Assembly (NCBI GenBank): GCA_000092065.1
Contig: CP000585.1
From: Ostreococcus lucimarinus
Lineage: Eukaryota
Length of the DNA stretch: 64,000 nucleotides
Strand: one strand, 5' to 3'
Every line of letters begins with the position of its first letter. Within the stretch, counting starts at the first letter, position 1. A program made the translations under genes and the position numbers. Of this stretch, positions 10,243 to 19,894 are shown in pieces. Below the pieces are notes generated by a model. It ran no database searches. It was not told where the DNA came from and was given only the letters and a program-made list of their open reading frames with translations.

Positions 10243-11130
10243 ATGGACGACCTCGACGTCGATTTCGACTTCGAGGACAAGCTCGATGTCAACGACACCC
10301 AACCCCAGGCCCCGCCGCCCGAGCTCAACGAGCGCGGGCGTAAAAACTACCGTCAAACCGTGTGCAGGCACTGGCTGCGAAACTTGTGCATGAAGGGCAA
10401 CGCGTGCGGGTTCCTGCACCAGTTCGACAAGTCCCGCATGCCCACGTGTCGGTTTTTCGCAAAGTACGGCGAGTGCAAGGAACCGGATTGTCCGTACAAG
10501 CACTCGTTGGAGGACATGAAGGATTGCAACATGTACAAGCTCGGGTTCTGCATTCACGGGTCGCTGTGCAGGTTTAGACACGTGAAATTGCCGGGACCGC
10601 CGCCGCCGGTGGAAGAACAGGCGCTGATTGGACAACCGGGACACCTGCACGGGGCGAAGTCGTTTAAACAGCGCGAACGGGAGAAGATGATGTCGCAGGC
10701 GTTGGCGCCGAGGCCGGAGGCGGACTCGACGTTTAAGCCGCCGCCGTTGCCGCCGGGACCGCCGCCGAAGGATGCGAAAAAGCTGGAAGAAAGGTTGGCG
10801 CTGCCGCCTACGACGATAGAGCATACTGGACACGATGCTGGACGGGTGTCGGTGCCCCCACCGCCTACGATGCAGGCACCGGCGCAGAGGACGGAGCCGC
10901 CGGCGAGACCTAGCGCGCCGCCGGGCAGGCCAAGCGCGCCGTCGAGGGCGCCGACGGGGGCGCGTCCGCCCGTCGCTCCGCCGGGAGCGCCGCCGGGTTT
11001 ACCGCCGGGCGTGTCTGCGCCCGCGGCACCGGCGGCGAAATTGCGCGGATGGGGTGCGGGAGGCGTGAAGCGTAAAGCCGAATCCGCGCCCGAAGTACCG
11101 GAGGCGGATGGATTTCCGGGCGCGGCGTAA
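10243..11130 (+). CDS. CPSF30: Cleavage and polyadenylation specificity factor 30 kDa subunit (CPSF30/YTH1-like) with tandem CCCH zinc fingers.
   Basis: CRHWLRNLCMKGNACGFLHQFD...CRFFAKYGECKEPDCPYKH...CNMYKLGFCIHGSLCRFRHV, followed by a Pro/Ala-rich tail. ATG at 10243, in frame with track ORF 9631..11130, whose 5' part overlaps the AQR CDS. Confidence 0.85.
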   Translation: MDDLDVDFDFEDKLDVNDTQPQAPPPELNERGRKNYRQTVCRHWLRNLCMKGNACGFLHQFDKSRMPTCRFFAKYGECKEPDCPYKHSLEDMKDCNMYKLGFCIHGSLCRFRHVKLPGPPPPVEEQALIGQPGHLHGAKSFKQREREKMMSQALAPRPEADSTFKPPPLPPGPPPKDAKKLEERLALPPTTIEHTGHDAGRVSVPPPPTMQAPAQRTEPPARPSAPPGRPSAPSRAPTGARPPVAPPGAPPGLPPGVSAPAAPAAKLRGWGAGGVKRKAESAPEVPEADGFPGAA

Positions 11131-11196
11131 CTAGTCTGTGTTTGTTTAGCAAGTTTGTTAGAATCATTACAACGTTCACACTCACTAGATAAAAAA

Positions 11197-12591
11197 TCAT
11201 TTCCCCCAATCGTCATCGCCCCAGTCTTCATCCGGTTCTTTCGCGGACTTTTCCTCTTCCGAGTCGCTCACGCCCCACTCGTCGAGTGCGCTCGCGGACT
11301 GCGTTCGACTCGACGAACGGCTCGCATTTTGGTTCGCGCGCTGCGGCTGCGGCCGCGGCTGGCTCTGCGCGCTCTGAAAACTCGACGAGCTGCCGAATCC
11401 AGCGTACTTACCGCCTTGCGATGGGGGTAAGTTTGACGGACGATGCGAGTTTTCGGCTTGCTTACGGGCGAAGAAGTCGTCTCGCTGCGCGGCGACGGGA
11501 TCGCGATCGCGCCGCTCTGCGTCGTCCCAGCCCGCGCCCCAACCGTCGTTTTTCCGTTGTGCGTATTGCGGGTCGGCGCTGTTACCGCCGCGAGGAAATC
11601 CATCGTCGAATCCCGTGGTGGGGATATCGCTCGTCAAGGTTTCGATCGACTTCATCGCTTGCCCGGAGACGGCTTTGAAAAAACCCCAACCTTGCTTCGC
11701 GAGTTCCGACGCCTTATTCGCCGCCACGGTCGCGGTTTGCGACGCGCGATGCTGAAGCTGATCGTAGTCTCCGTCAGAGATGTTGCTCACGATGGACGAC
11801 GTCGCCTGCGCCGCGCGGTTCGCCGCGCTCATCGTAAACTGCCCGAGCTTGGACGTCACGTTGCTCACCTGCCCGATGATGGCCTCGAACTCGTCCTCCT
11901 GCCGCGGCGCGCCGCCACCGCCCGATCCAAACCCGACGTACTTCCCGCCCTGACTCGGATGCAACCCCTCGGGCTTATTCGCGTTCAACGCTTGCTGCCG
12001 CGCGAAGAACGCGTCCTTTTGCGCCGCGCTCGCCGCGTACTCCGACGCCGTGTACTCCTCTCCCGGTCTCGCGCCCGCGCGTCCGCGCCCTCGCCCGTCG
12101 TCTATCCCACCATCATTCCACCCCCCCCCATCGCCTCCGTGCCCTCGTCCTCGGCCCTCCGCGTCTCGACGCGTCTCCGCGTCTTCTCGCCGCGCGCCTC
12201 GCTCGACCCGCGTCGGCGCCGTCCACGCCTCCCCGTTCGCCTCCGCCGCGACCTTCTCCCTGAACACCCGCGCCGCGTCGGAATTATACTTTTCCTTTAT
12301 CGCCGTCCGTCTCGGCACGCCGTGTCGCTCCAAGAACGCGTTCAACGCGTCGTTCCCGCCCGCCCGCATCTTCGCCAGCTGCGCCGCGCTCCACGAATCC
12401 ATCGACGCCGATCGCACGAAGCTCACGTGCACGCCCAGCGATCTGTGCACGCCCGAGCACTCCAAGCACACGAACGCGCCGTGCGACACGCTCGCCCACT
12501 GCGGGTTCTTCGTCTCGCAGTCCGCGCACTGCGCGTTGCCGTCCGCGCGCTGGAGCGCGCGAAGCGCGTCGCGCGCGTCCGGCGACGCCAT
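11197..12591 (-). CDS. ADP-ribosylation factor GTPase-activating protein (ArfGAP domain protein).
   Basis: ArfGAP zinc finger [50 protein letters not shown]-terminal low-complexity region with repeated GGKY(V/A)GFG motifs. The ATG at 12591 ([13 protein letters not shown]...) is verified. The upstream part of the track ORF is Arg-rich antisense artefact. Confidence 0.8.
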   Translation of the reverse strand: MASPDARDALRALQRADGNAQCADCETKNPQWASVSHGAFVCLECSGVHRSLGVHVSFVRSASMDSWSAAQLAKMRAGGNDALNAFLERHGVPRRTAIKEKYNSDAARVFREKVAAEANGEAWTAPTRVERGARREDAETRRDAEGRGRGHGGDGGGWNDGGIDDGRGRGRAGARPGEEYTASEYAASAAQKDAFFARQQALNANKPEGLHPSQGGKYVGFGSGGGGAPRQEDEFEAIIGQVSNVTSKLGQFTMSAANRAAQATSSIVSNISDGDYDQLQHRASQTATVAANKASELAKQGWGFFKAVSGQAMKSIETLTSDIPTTGFDDGFPRGGNSADPQYAQRKNDGWGAGWDDAERRDRDPVAAQRDDFFARKQAENSHRPSNLPPSQGGKYAGFGSSSSFQSAQSQPRPQPQRANQNASRSSSRTQSASALDEWGVSDSEEEKSAKEPDEDWGDDDWGK

Positions 12592-12849
12592 GGCGCGCGT
12601 CGAGCGCTCGACGTCCCGAGCGCGTCGAGCGATACAGCGAGACGCGCGTCCGAGACGATCGAGAGACGCGCGCGCGCGTCCGGCCGCGATCGCGCGGCGC
12701 GATGGCGAGATTCGCGATCGGAATCTCCGCGTCCGAGACGTCCGAGACGTCCGAGACGATCGAGCGACGCGAGCGTTCGCGAACGGCAGTCGCGCGCGCG
12801 CCCACACGCGATCGAGGCGCGCGTGCGATACGACGAACGCGGCGTCGCG

Positions 12850-13998
12850 ATGCCGAGCTTCCGCGATCGCGCGCACGCGGACGCGCGCGCGGCGCGCGCG
12901 GCGCCGGCGTACGCGCACCCGACGGCGAAGGAGCGCGAGTCGATGGCGCAGATGCGCGCGTGGTTGGCGCGCGATGGATCGGCGCTGCCGCGCACGATGA
13001 CGCGCGCGGAGTGCGGTGGGGAAGAGCGCGCGCTGTTGAAGTTCGTGCGGGCGAGGAAGAGCGCGGAGAAGTCGTACGAGATGCTGAGGAACACGCTGGC
13101 GTGGCGGGCGAGGGAACGCGTGGACGCGTGCCTGTCGGAACCGATCGACGACGATAAATTGAAACACGTGGAGAGGATACCGGCGTATTACGCCGGGTTC
13201 GGGAAGACTGGACATCCGATCTACGTCGAGCACACGGCGGTGATTCCGTGGCCGACGATATTGGAGCACATGACGGCGGATGAGTTTTTGAAGAGTCAGG
13301 TGCAGACGCTCGAGTGGCAGGCGAGCGTGGTGTATCCGGAGGCGTCGCGACGGGCGGGGGAGCCGATCACGCAGGTGATTAACGTTTGGGATTTGAAAGG
13401 GCTCACCATGAGTGGGTTCACGAGCGAGATCAGGGCGTTCGTGAAGAAGGCGAGCGCGGTGGCGCAGGACAATTATCCCGAAGGATTGTACGCCGCGTAC
13501 ATCGTCAACGCCCCGAAGATTTTCTCCTTCGTTTGGGCGGTGGTTAAGCAGTTTTTAGACGCTAAAACGGTGGCTAAGGTGCACATTTACGGCAGTGGGT
13601 CGAAAATGTACGAAAAACTCTTAGATAGGCTCGGGCCGGCGACGCTGCTGCGCAAGGAGATGCTGTGCTGCCGGACGAAAGAAATCGGCGAAGCCGAGGC
13701 GGCCGCCGGGTTGCAACCCGCGCACGGTGCCACGCAAGAATGGATCAAATCGCAGCTAAAGGGCGAGGAACCCACGGGTGGGGCCGCCCCTGGATCGCTC
13801 CGTCGCGAGAGTAGCACGCAGAACCTGTACGACGTCTTCTTCGACGCCGCATCCGAACTTCCGCCGTCGTCCATGACCGAAAGGGAACTCGAACGATACG
13901 CGACGACAAAAGACTCGTTCGGACTGGCGAGCGAACAACCCGATGCGCTCGCACCGGATGTCGTGGACGAGAAGCAGAAGTGTTGCAAATGTTGCTAG
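12850..13998 (+). CDS. SEC14-like phosphatidylinositol transfer protein (CRAL-TRIO domain).
   Basis: CRAL-TRIO_N ([25 protein letters not shown]) and CRAL-TRIO core (...[19 protein letters not shown]...GLTMSGF...[29 protein letters not shown]). ATG at 12850. It is divergent from ArfGAP, about 258 bp apart. Confidence 0.75.
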   Translation: MPSFRDRAHADARAARAAPAYAHPTAKERESMAQMRAWLARDGSALPRTMTRAECGGEERALLKFVRARKSAEKSYEMLRNTLAWRARERVDACLSEPIDDDKLKHVERIPAYYAGFGKTGHPIYVEHTAVIPWPTILEHMTADEFLKSQVQTLEWQASVVYPEASRRAGEPITQVINVWDLKGLTMSGFTSEIRAFVKKASAVAQDNYPEGLYAAYIVNAPKIFSFVWAVVKQFLDAKTVAKVHIYGSGSKMYEKLLDRLGPATLLRKEMLCCRTKEIGEAEAAAGLQPAHGATQEWIKSQLKGEEPTGGAAPGSLRRESSTQNLYDVFFDAASELPPSSMTERELERYATTKDSFGLASEQPDALAPDVVDEKQKCCKCC

Positions 13999-14198
13999 CG
14001 CGTCGCCGCGATAGTCAAAGTGACGACCGAGGACACGCATCGTAGCCAATCTTGTACATTCTAGCATGCAATAACTTATAATAACAGCGACATCCGTCGT
14101 TCAAATCATTTTACATCGTCACCATCGTCTAGTACGACGGCGATTCATAATCTAAGAAGAGTGTGTACACGAGAGGAACGCGCTCGAGTCGAGCGCGT

Positions 14199-14488
14199 CT
14201 AGAAATCAACCTCCGGTTGTTGCGTCGGCAAAAGTGAAAACCGCTTCTTCAGCGCGACTCGTTGCTTCGAAAACTTATCATCCGGCGAAAATCTCGCCGG
14301 GTGCGCCGATTGCGTCGGCGTTCCATCCGGGGCGGTTTTCTGCGTCGCGAAATCCGGCGCGTCAGTCGCGCGTCCGTAGGGTTGCGTCGCCTCGCGCGCG
14401 CGTCGCGAATTCGCCTCGCGCGTCGTCGCCCGCGCTCGCGCACCTTGAGCGTGTACACCCGCTCGCCCTTCTCGTTCATGTAATACAT
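14199..14488 (-). CDS. NOP10: H/ACA snoRNP protein NOP10 with two exons: 14444..14488 and 14199..14339.
   Basis: Exon 1 reads [15 protein letters not shown], then the donor AAG|GTGCGCGAG. After the acceptor CGCAG, exon 2 in a different frame reads [46 protein letters not shown] and matches the NOP10 C-terminus. The gene is hidden in the ORF track inside a 436-aa Arg-rich antisense ORF. Confidence 0.8.
14340..14443 (-). other. Spliceosomal intron of NOP10 (104 nt).
   Basis: GTGCGCGAGCG...GACTGACGCGCCGG...CGCAG. Splicing restores the NOP10 reading frame. Confidence 0.75.
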
Positions 14489-14767
14489 CAAGTACCTGCG
14501 TTCGTTCGCGCGCGTTCGACGCGCGTCAGTCGCTCGCGTTCGCGTCCCGTCGCCGCTCGAAATTCCGGCGGCGGCGATCGCCTCTCGGCGTTTCCGCGCC
14601 GTCCCCGTCCCGCGTCCGCGACGCCGCGTCCGCGTCCGCGATCGCGCGCGCGTCGCGCGATTCTCGCCCGCGCGTCGCGTCGTCGCGTCGTCGCGTCGTC
14701 GCGCGCACGCACATGTCGCTCGTGACCTCGCGTCGCGCAATGCCGAATCGGCATTCGCCGGCGCGCC

Positions 14768-15106
14768 ATGTCGCGCGCGCTGCGGCGCCTCGCGCGCGCC
14801 AAGCACGACGCGGCGACGAATCCCATGGGGTTCCTGCTCGAGAACCCGCTGAAGCTGTACCGCGATTGCATGCGGTTGGCGGATTTCTTGGCGCACAAGC
14901 AGGGACACTCCAGGGACGCGCTGCGCGCGACGGTGCGAGCGCCGTGGAGGACGCACAGGGACGAGCGCGATCCGGAAAAAATCGTGGCGCTGCGAGAGAA
15001 CGCGGTGCGGGGGCTGTCGAATTACATGATGTACGAGGCGTCGCGGGGCGCGATGGCGGGGACGCCGGCGTTCGCGAAGGAGGACGAGGAAGAGCGACGA
15101 GAGTAG
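14768..15106 (+). CDS. LYR-motif (Complex1_LYR family) small protein.
   Basis: ATG ORF of 112 aa with NPLKLYRDCMRLADFLAHKQ... (L-Y-R motif), typical of the LYRM / ISD11 / SDHAF-like family. Confidence 0.6.
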   Translation: MSRALRRLARAKHDAATNPMGFLLENPLKLYRDCMRLADFLAHKQGHSRDALRATVRAPWRTHRDERDPEKIVALRENAVRGLSNYMMYEASRGAMAGTPAFAKEDEEERRE

Positions 15107-15133
15107 ACGAGAGTAGACGAGAGTAGACGCGAA
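15100..15133 (+). repeat. Three tandem copies of an 11-nt unit (gagtagacga) at the stop codon / 3' end of the LYR gene.
   Basis: gacgagagtagacgagagtagacgagagtagacg; each unit contains a TAG. Confidence 0.8.
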
Positions 15134-15171
15134 GGATGTAACATATTGCGATTTGATGGTTTCACGAGTCG

Positions 15172-15924
15172 CTAGTGCGCCGCGTCGCCGCGAGCGAGCG
15201 CTCGCCAGAGGCAACCGCCGAGCATGACGATTTGAGGATACGAAAACGCCGCAATCGAAATCGCGAACGTCAACGAGAATGCGTGCTTGATTCGTCGCTC
15301 TTGCGTCGGAATCGGCCGCAGCGCTAAACCGAAGGCAATTTGATGCGTTATGAACATGCTCAGCGCGTAGAGCCAAAGAAATGCACGACTGTCGCTTCTC
15401 GGCACGCTCGCCCTTCGCAAAGGAATGATGAAGAACCCGACGCCCATGAGAATTCCCAAACCGAAGCAATACGACATCGCCAGCGCTGGTCCGATGGGAA
15501 TACCGAGCAACAACCGCAAGCACACCCACACCGAGCAAAACGTGGTCAAGAAGATCCAAATCACGTCCCCGACCGCGGGTCCGTATTCGCGCGCGTCGTC
15601 GCCTCGATCTCGTTCCGACGCGACGCCGGCTCTCCTGAGAAGTCGTCCCACGAAGCTCTCCGGCACGTCAAACTGCGTCGACTCCCTGCACACTTCGCAC
15701 ACGTTCGATCCCTTCGTTCGCAACCACTTCTCCGCGCACGTTTCGTGGACGTAGACGCCGACGCACGCGCACTCGAGTTTCACCAGCCTTGACTCTGGCA
15801 ACTCCTCGACGTCGCAGAGACACACTCGGCACACGGCATCGGCGGGCGCGTCGTCGTCGGATGGGCGTGGCGCCGGATGTGTCGCGGATGGGCATGGCGT
15901 CGACGCATCGACGCGCGGCGGCAT
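15172..15924 (-). CDS. RING-CH (MARCH-type, C4HC3) membrane E3 ubiquitin ligase.
   Basis: CRVCLCD...LVKLECACVGVYVHETCAEKWLRTKGSNVCEVC, followed by several TM helices. The ATG at 15924 is verified. Confidence 0.75.
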   Translation of the reverse strand: MPPRVDASTPCPSATHPAPRPSDDDAPADAVCRVCLCDVEELPESRLVKLECACVGVYVHETCAEKWLRTKGSNVCEVCRESTQFDVPESFVGRLLRRAGVASERDRGDDAREYGPAVGDVIWIFLTTFCSVWVCLRLLLGIPIGPALAMSYCFGLGILMGVGFFIIPLRRASVPRSDSRAFLWLYALSMFITHQIAFGLALRPIPTQERRIKHAFSLTFAISIAAFSYPQIVMLGGCLWRALARGDAAH

Positions 15925-16051
15925 GACGTTCGGGTCGAGTGACGAGCGTCATTGTGTGCGTCGGCGCGCTCGAGACGGTTCGCGTTCCACGAGGCGATCG
16001 CGGTGGTTAATACAACAACAACAGCGAGGCTGGCGGATAGCGCGACGGCGA

Positions 16052-17227
16052 TCACGCGGACGCTTCTTTCGCTTCTTCGTCCTCGTTCGTCGCGTCCGCG
16101 ACGGCTTCGGTCGGTTCGATCGGTGCGTCGGCGGGTGCGTCGGCGGTCGGCGCGGCTTCGATCGGCGGCGGCTCGAGATCGTGCAAGCCGTGCGCCTCCA
16201 ACGCGGCTTTCGCTTCGGCCTCCTCCTTCAGCGCGGCGCGCTTCGCGCGCTCGTCGGCTAATTGCCTGGCGGCTTCTTTGTTTGCCTCTTCTTCCTTGAT
16301 CGCGCGCTTGATGAGCTTGGCGCAGTCGTCGTGCCCCTTTTTATTGGCGATTTGGCGCGGCGTCTTCCCCTTGGCGTCGACGGCGGCGGTGTTCGCGCCT
16401 CGCTTGAGGAGCAAACCGACGACGTCTTCGTACCCACCGCTGCACGCGGCGTGAAGTGGCGTCGCACCTTTTCCATCGAGCGATTCGATCTGCATGTCAC
16501 TATCGAGCAAGAGTTCGACGACGTCGTCGTGGCCTTTTCTCGCGGCGAGATGCAGCGCCGTGGCGCCGTTGCCCGCGCGCGTCTCGACGTCGCACCCAGC
16601 CTTGATCAAGCGACTCACCACGTTGACGTGTCCTTTAGAACACGCGACGTGTAACGCGTTGTTATCGCAGTCGTCCTGCGCGTCCAAGTTTGCACCGCTC
16701 TTGATCAAGAGCTTCACCATCTCGACGTTGCCCTTGGCGGCGGCGACGAGCAACGGCGTCGTCGAATCTTCCTCCGACTTCGGCTCGTTCACGTTCGCAC
16801 CGAGCTCGAGGAGTTCGCGCGCGTCGACCACATCCCCGCTCGCCACCGCCGCGTGCAGCGCGCCCGCCTCTTTCGCCCGCGCCGCCTTCTTCTTCAACAT
16901 CTTTTTCGACGGTTCTTTATCCATCCCAAACATTTCCTCCGCCGTCTTCTCCTTCGGCGCGTCCGCCTCGTCCTCGGAGTCCGCGTTCCTGGGCTTAGGC
17001 GGTGGATTATCCCACGAATAACTCGTCGCGTTCCTATTATTCATCCCCCCCGGTCCACCGTCACCGAAATTCGCCGCGCCGCCGCCGCCGCCCGCGCGTT
17101 CGTACGACGCCGCCTTCTCTCCCGCGGGTCCCCTCGACCCCTCCCCGCGCTGTGCGTCCCACTCCGGCGTCGGCGGCATATTATGCGCTTCCGCCTCCTT
17201 CTTCTCGCCGCTTTTCCCTCCGAACAT
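16052..17227 (-). CDS. Ankyrin-repeat protein.
   Basis: About six ANK repeats, e.g. TPLLVAAAKGNVEMVKLLIKSGANLDAQD and NALHVACSKGHVNVVSRLIKAGCDV. The track start at 17290 is TTG. The first in-frame ATG is at 17227 (MFGGKSGEKK...). An upstream spliced exon is possible. Confidence 0.7.
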   Translation of the reverse strand: MFGGKSGEKKEAEAHNMPPTPEWDAQRGEGSRGPAGEKAASYERAGGGGGAANFGDGGPGGMNNRNATSYSWDNPPPKPRNADSEDEADAPKEKTAEEMFGMDKEPSKKMLKKKAARAKEAGALHAAVASGDVVDARELLELGANVNEPKSEEDSTTPLLVAAAKGNVEMVKLLIKSGANLDAQDDCDNNALHVACSKGHVNVVSRLIKAGCDVETRAGNGATALHLAARKGHDDVVELLLDSDMQIESLDGKGATPLHAACSGGYEDVVGLLLKRGANTAAVDAKGKTPRQIANKKGHDDCAKLIKRAIKEEEANKEAARQLADERAKRAALKEEAEAKAALEAHGLHDLEPPPIEAAPTADAPADAPIEPTEAVADATNEDEEAKEASA

Positions 17228-17699
17228 CGCGCCCGCTTTATCCGCGACGCTTCGCGCCGTCGACGTCAATCCATCCTTCAGCGAACTCAAATCGATCCCA
17301 CGACCCTGCGTCGCCCCATCTCCTCGCTGCTTCGTCCCGTTCGCCCCATCGGCCGCGCGTCAGTCTCCATCGCCTCCCCGTCGCGCGTCTCGCCTCTCTT
17401 CGCGCATCGCGTCGCCATCCGCGTCGCGATCCTCGTCGGCGTGGATGGTGTTACGCATCCATCGATTCGCGTCGCGTCGCGTCGCGTCGCGCCGCCGCGC
17501 CGCCGCGCCGTCGTCGCTCGCACCTGGTGCGTCTCGCCCACGCGCTCGTACCCCGCGGTCCAGTTCTTGAGCGCGTCCATCGTCGTCGCGCTGTGCCGCG
17601 CGTCGTCACTCCATCGCGCGCGCGTCGTCGCGCCTCCATGCTCGCGCCGCTCGCGCGCGTCGCGCGTCGCGCGAGGACGACGGCCGAGGACGCGTCGTC

Positions 17700-18857
17700 G
17701 TGGTCGGCGGCGGCGCGGCGGGCGTCGCGTGCGCGCGCGCGCTCGCGGCGACGCGCGAGGTGACGCTGTTCGACGGCGGACGCGCGCCGGGAGGGCGGGC
17801 GTCGACGCGAGAGGGACGAAGAGGGGCGTGGGAGCACGGCGCGCGCTTCGTCGACGTCGAACGCGAACGCGAACGGGAACGCGACGACGACGACGACGAC
17901 GCAGCGGACGCGTGGATGCGAGACAGAGCGCGCGAGGGCGCGTTCGTAAGATGGGAAGGCGCGGTGGTGGCGCTGCGCGGCGGACGCGCGGTGAAGAAAA
18001 GGCTGGGCGCGCGACGGACGGCGACGCCGTCGTTCGGCGCCGTCGCGAAGGCGCTGCTCGAAAAGGTGGATTTGCGCGCGAGCGCGCGCGTCGTCGGGTT
18101 CGACGCGAGCGACGTCGACGGCGCGGGCGTGGTGGTGAAGTATCGAAGCGCGGCGCCGGACGAGGGAGGCGAGACGCGGTCGATGTCGGGGTTCGACGTG
18201 GTGGTGCTGGCGGATAAGAACGCGGCGAACGTCGCGGACGCGTTGGGCGTGGAAGAGCTCGCGCGAGCGATGCGGGAGGTGCCGTCGGTGCCGTCGTTGG
18301 TGTTGATGGTGACTTTGAATCGCGCGCCGGCGATCGAATTCGTGGGGGCTGAGATTGAGAACGACGACGCGTTGAGTTGGATCTCGAACGAGTCGTCGAA
18401 ACCGTCGCGGCGGCGCGACGCCAACTGTTGGGTCGCGCACTCCACCGACGCGTACGCGCGCGCGAAAGTGAATCTCGACACGCGTCCCGGAACTCGCGAG
18501 CACGACGCGTGGATGGACGCGGTCGCGAACGAGATGAGCGAGTCGTTGTTGCGAATTCTTCGCGAAGCCGAGGCGAACGCCGACGTCGACGTCGACGGCG
18601 CTCCGCTGGAGATTACGTACGCGCGCGCCCATCGCTGGGGCGCCGCGTTCCCGGCGGCCGTCGCCGCGGGCGCCGAAAAGTCCAAATTTCTTCGCGCCAC
18701 GTCGACGTCGCCGACCGGTCGCGTCACCACCGTGTACGCCGTCGGCGACTATTGCGTCGAGCACGATAGATTCGGCGGCTTTCGCGCCGCCGTCGCGAGC
18801 GGTCTCGCCTGCGCCGAAGACATACTCGCGACGAAATCGGCGCGTTCAAAACTTTAG
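17700..18857 (+). CDS. NAD(P)/FAD-binding amine-oxidase/renalase-like oxidoreductase. The 5' end is unresolved.
   Basis: Rossmann motif VVVVGGGAAGVACARALAA...LFDGGRAPGGRAS. The track start at 17700 is GTG. There is no in-frame ATG after the upstream stop, and the nearest ATG (17638) is out of frame. Confidence 0.55.
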   Translation: MVGGGAAGVACARALAATREVTLFDGGRAPGGRASTREGRRGAWEHGARFVDVERERERERDDDDDDAADAWMRDRAREGAFVRWEGAVVALRGGRAVKKRLGARRTATPSFGAVAKALLEKVDLRASARVVGFDASDVDGAGVVVKYRSAAPDEGGETRSMSGFDVVVLADKNAANVADALGVEELARAMREVPSVPSLVLMVTLNRAPAIEFVGAEIENDDALSWISNESSKPSRRRDANCWVAHSTDAYARAKVNLDTRPGTREHDAWMDAVANEMSESLLRILREAEANADVDVDGAPLEITYARAHRWGAAFPAAVAAGAEKSKFLRATSTSPTGRVTTVYAVGDYCVEHDRFGGFRAAVASGLACAEDILATKSARSKL

Positions 18858-18957
18858 CGGCGCATCGTCGTCATCTGTATCATACGCATTGTTTGTCTCC
18901 GAGCGCCCGTCGTCTTCGCGAGTCCTCACTTCGGTGCTCGCGCGCGCCGTCGTCGCC

Positions 18958-19776
18958 ATGCTCATCCTCTTCGGTCGCCATCCCACCCCTGGTCGCTGTA
19001 AATCCCGCCTCGCCCGCGCGTTGAACTCCGACGAAGCCGCCGCGGCGATCTACGACGCCATCGTGCGCGTCGTCTTGCTCAGAACGTCTCGCGAACGCGA
19101 CGACCGGGACACCGGTGGGTTACAGTTGAAATTTTCGTGCGCGTCCAGCGACGACGTCGCCGCGTGCGAAGCGCTGTTCGCGACCGGTGGGCGCTGGCGA
19201 GCGTGCGCGCGAAACGCGCGCGACGCGGCGGCGATCGAGGTGGAGGCGCAGACGCAGGTGGATGATTTAGGCGCGCGCATCGTCGAGGCGTTTCGCCGCG
19301 AAGTCGACGGCGACGCTCGATCGAGCGATTCCTCGATCGGACGCGCGGTCTGCGTCGCGGGAACGGACGTTCCGGAGTTTTCGAGAGCGCACGCGCTCGA
19401 GGCGCTGGCTCTCGTGGAGGGCGCGTCGAGCGCGGACGCGCCGCGCGTCGCGTTCGGCCCGTCGCGAGACGGCGGCTTTTACTGCGTCGCCGCGCGCGCC
19501 ACGCGCGCTAATTGCGACGCCCTCGAGCGCGCGCTCGCGGGCGTCCGCTGGAGCGCGTCGACGACGCTCGAAGAGTGCGCGCGCAACTGCCGCGCGAACG
19601 GTTTCGACGTGCGCGCGACGATGCCGGAATTATTAGACGTCGACGACGACGGCGATTTGGACGCCCTCCTCGCCGAGCGTCTCGCCGCCGACGACGAGCG
19701 CGAGTCCCCAGCCGTGCGCGACGCGTTCGCGGAAATGGTGCGAATATTAGAGAACAGCCGCGCGGCGCGGCCTTAG
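18958..19776 (+). CDS. DUF2064-family protein (nucleotidyl/glycosyl-transferase-like).
   Basis: N-terminus MLILFGRHPTPGRCKSRLARAL matches the characteristic DUF2064 start (...PGRVKTRL). The track start at 18889 is TTG. The ATG is at 18958. Confidence 0.5.
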   Translation: MLILFGRHPTPGRCKSRLARALNSDEAAAAIYDAIVRVVLLRTSRERDDRDTGGLQLKFSCASSDDVAACEALFATGGRWRACARNARDAAAIEVEAQTQVDDLGARIVEAFRREVDGDARSSDSSIGRAVCVAGTDVPEFSRAHALEALALVEGASSADAPRVAFGPSRDGGFYCVAARATRANCDALERALAGVRWSASTTLEECARNCRANGFDVRATMPELLDVDDDGDLDALLAERLAADDERESPAVRDAFAEMVRILENSRAARP

Positions 19777-19894
19777 ATTTAGCCCTTCCGGCGATGAGGT
19801 GTGATGGAATCGTCGTCGTCGTCGTCGCCTCGGCGCTCGCGTCGCGCGCGAATTCGCCCGCGGCGCCACACCGCGCCTCGGCGCGACGCGCGCC

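Noticed and set aside
14249-15559. Long Arg-rich ORFs (e.g. 14249..15559 -, 19512..20516 +, 27422..29152 -, 36802..37863 -, 17451..18764 -), often overlapping real genes on the opposite strand.
   Set aside because: They translate to low-complexity R/A/G-rich strings with no family similarity. They are the expected antisense or out-of-frame product of ~65% GC, CGN-rich coding DNA. Each overlaps a gene with clear homology on the other strand or frame. Many of their 'M' starts are GTG/TTG.
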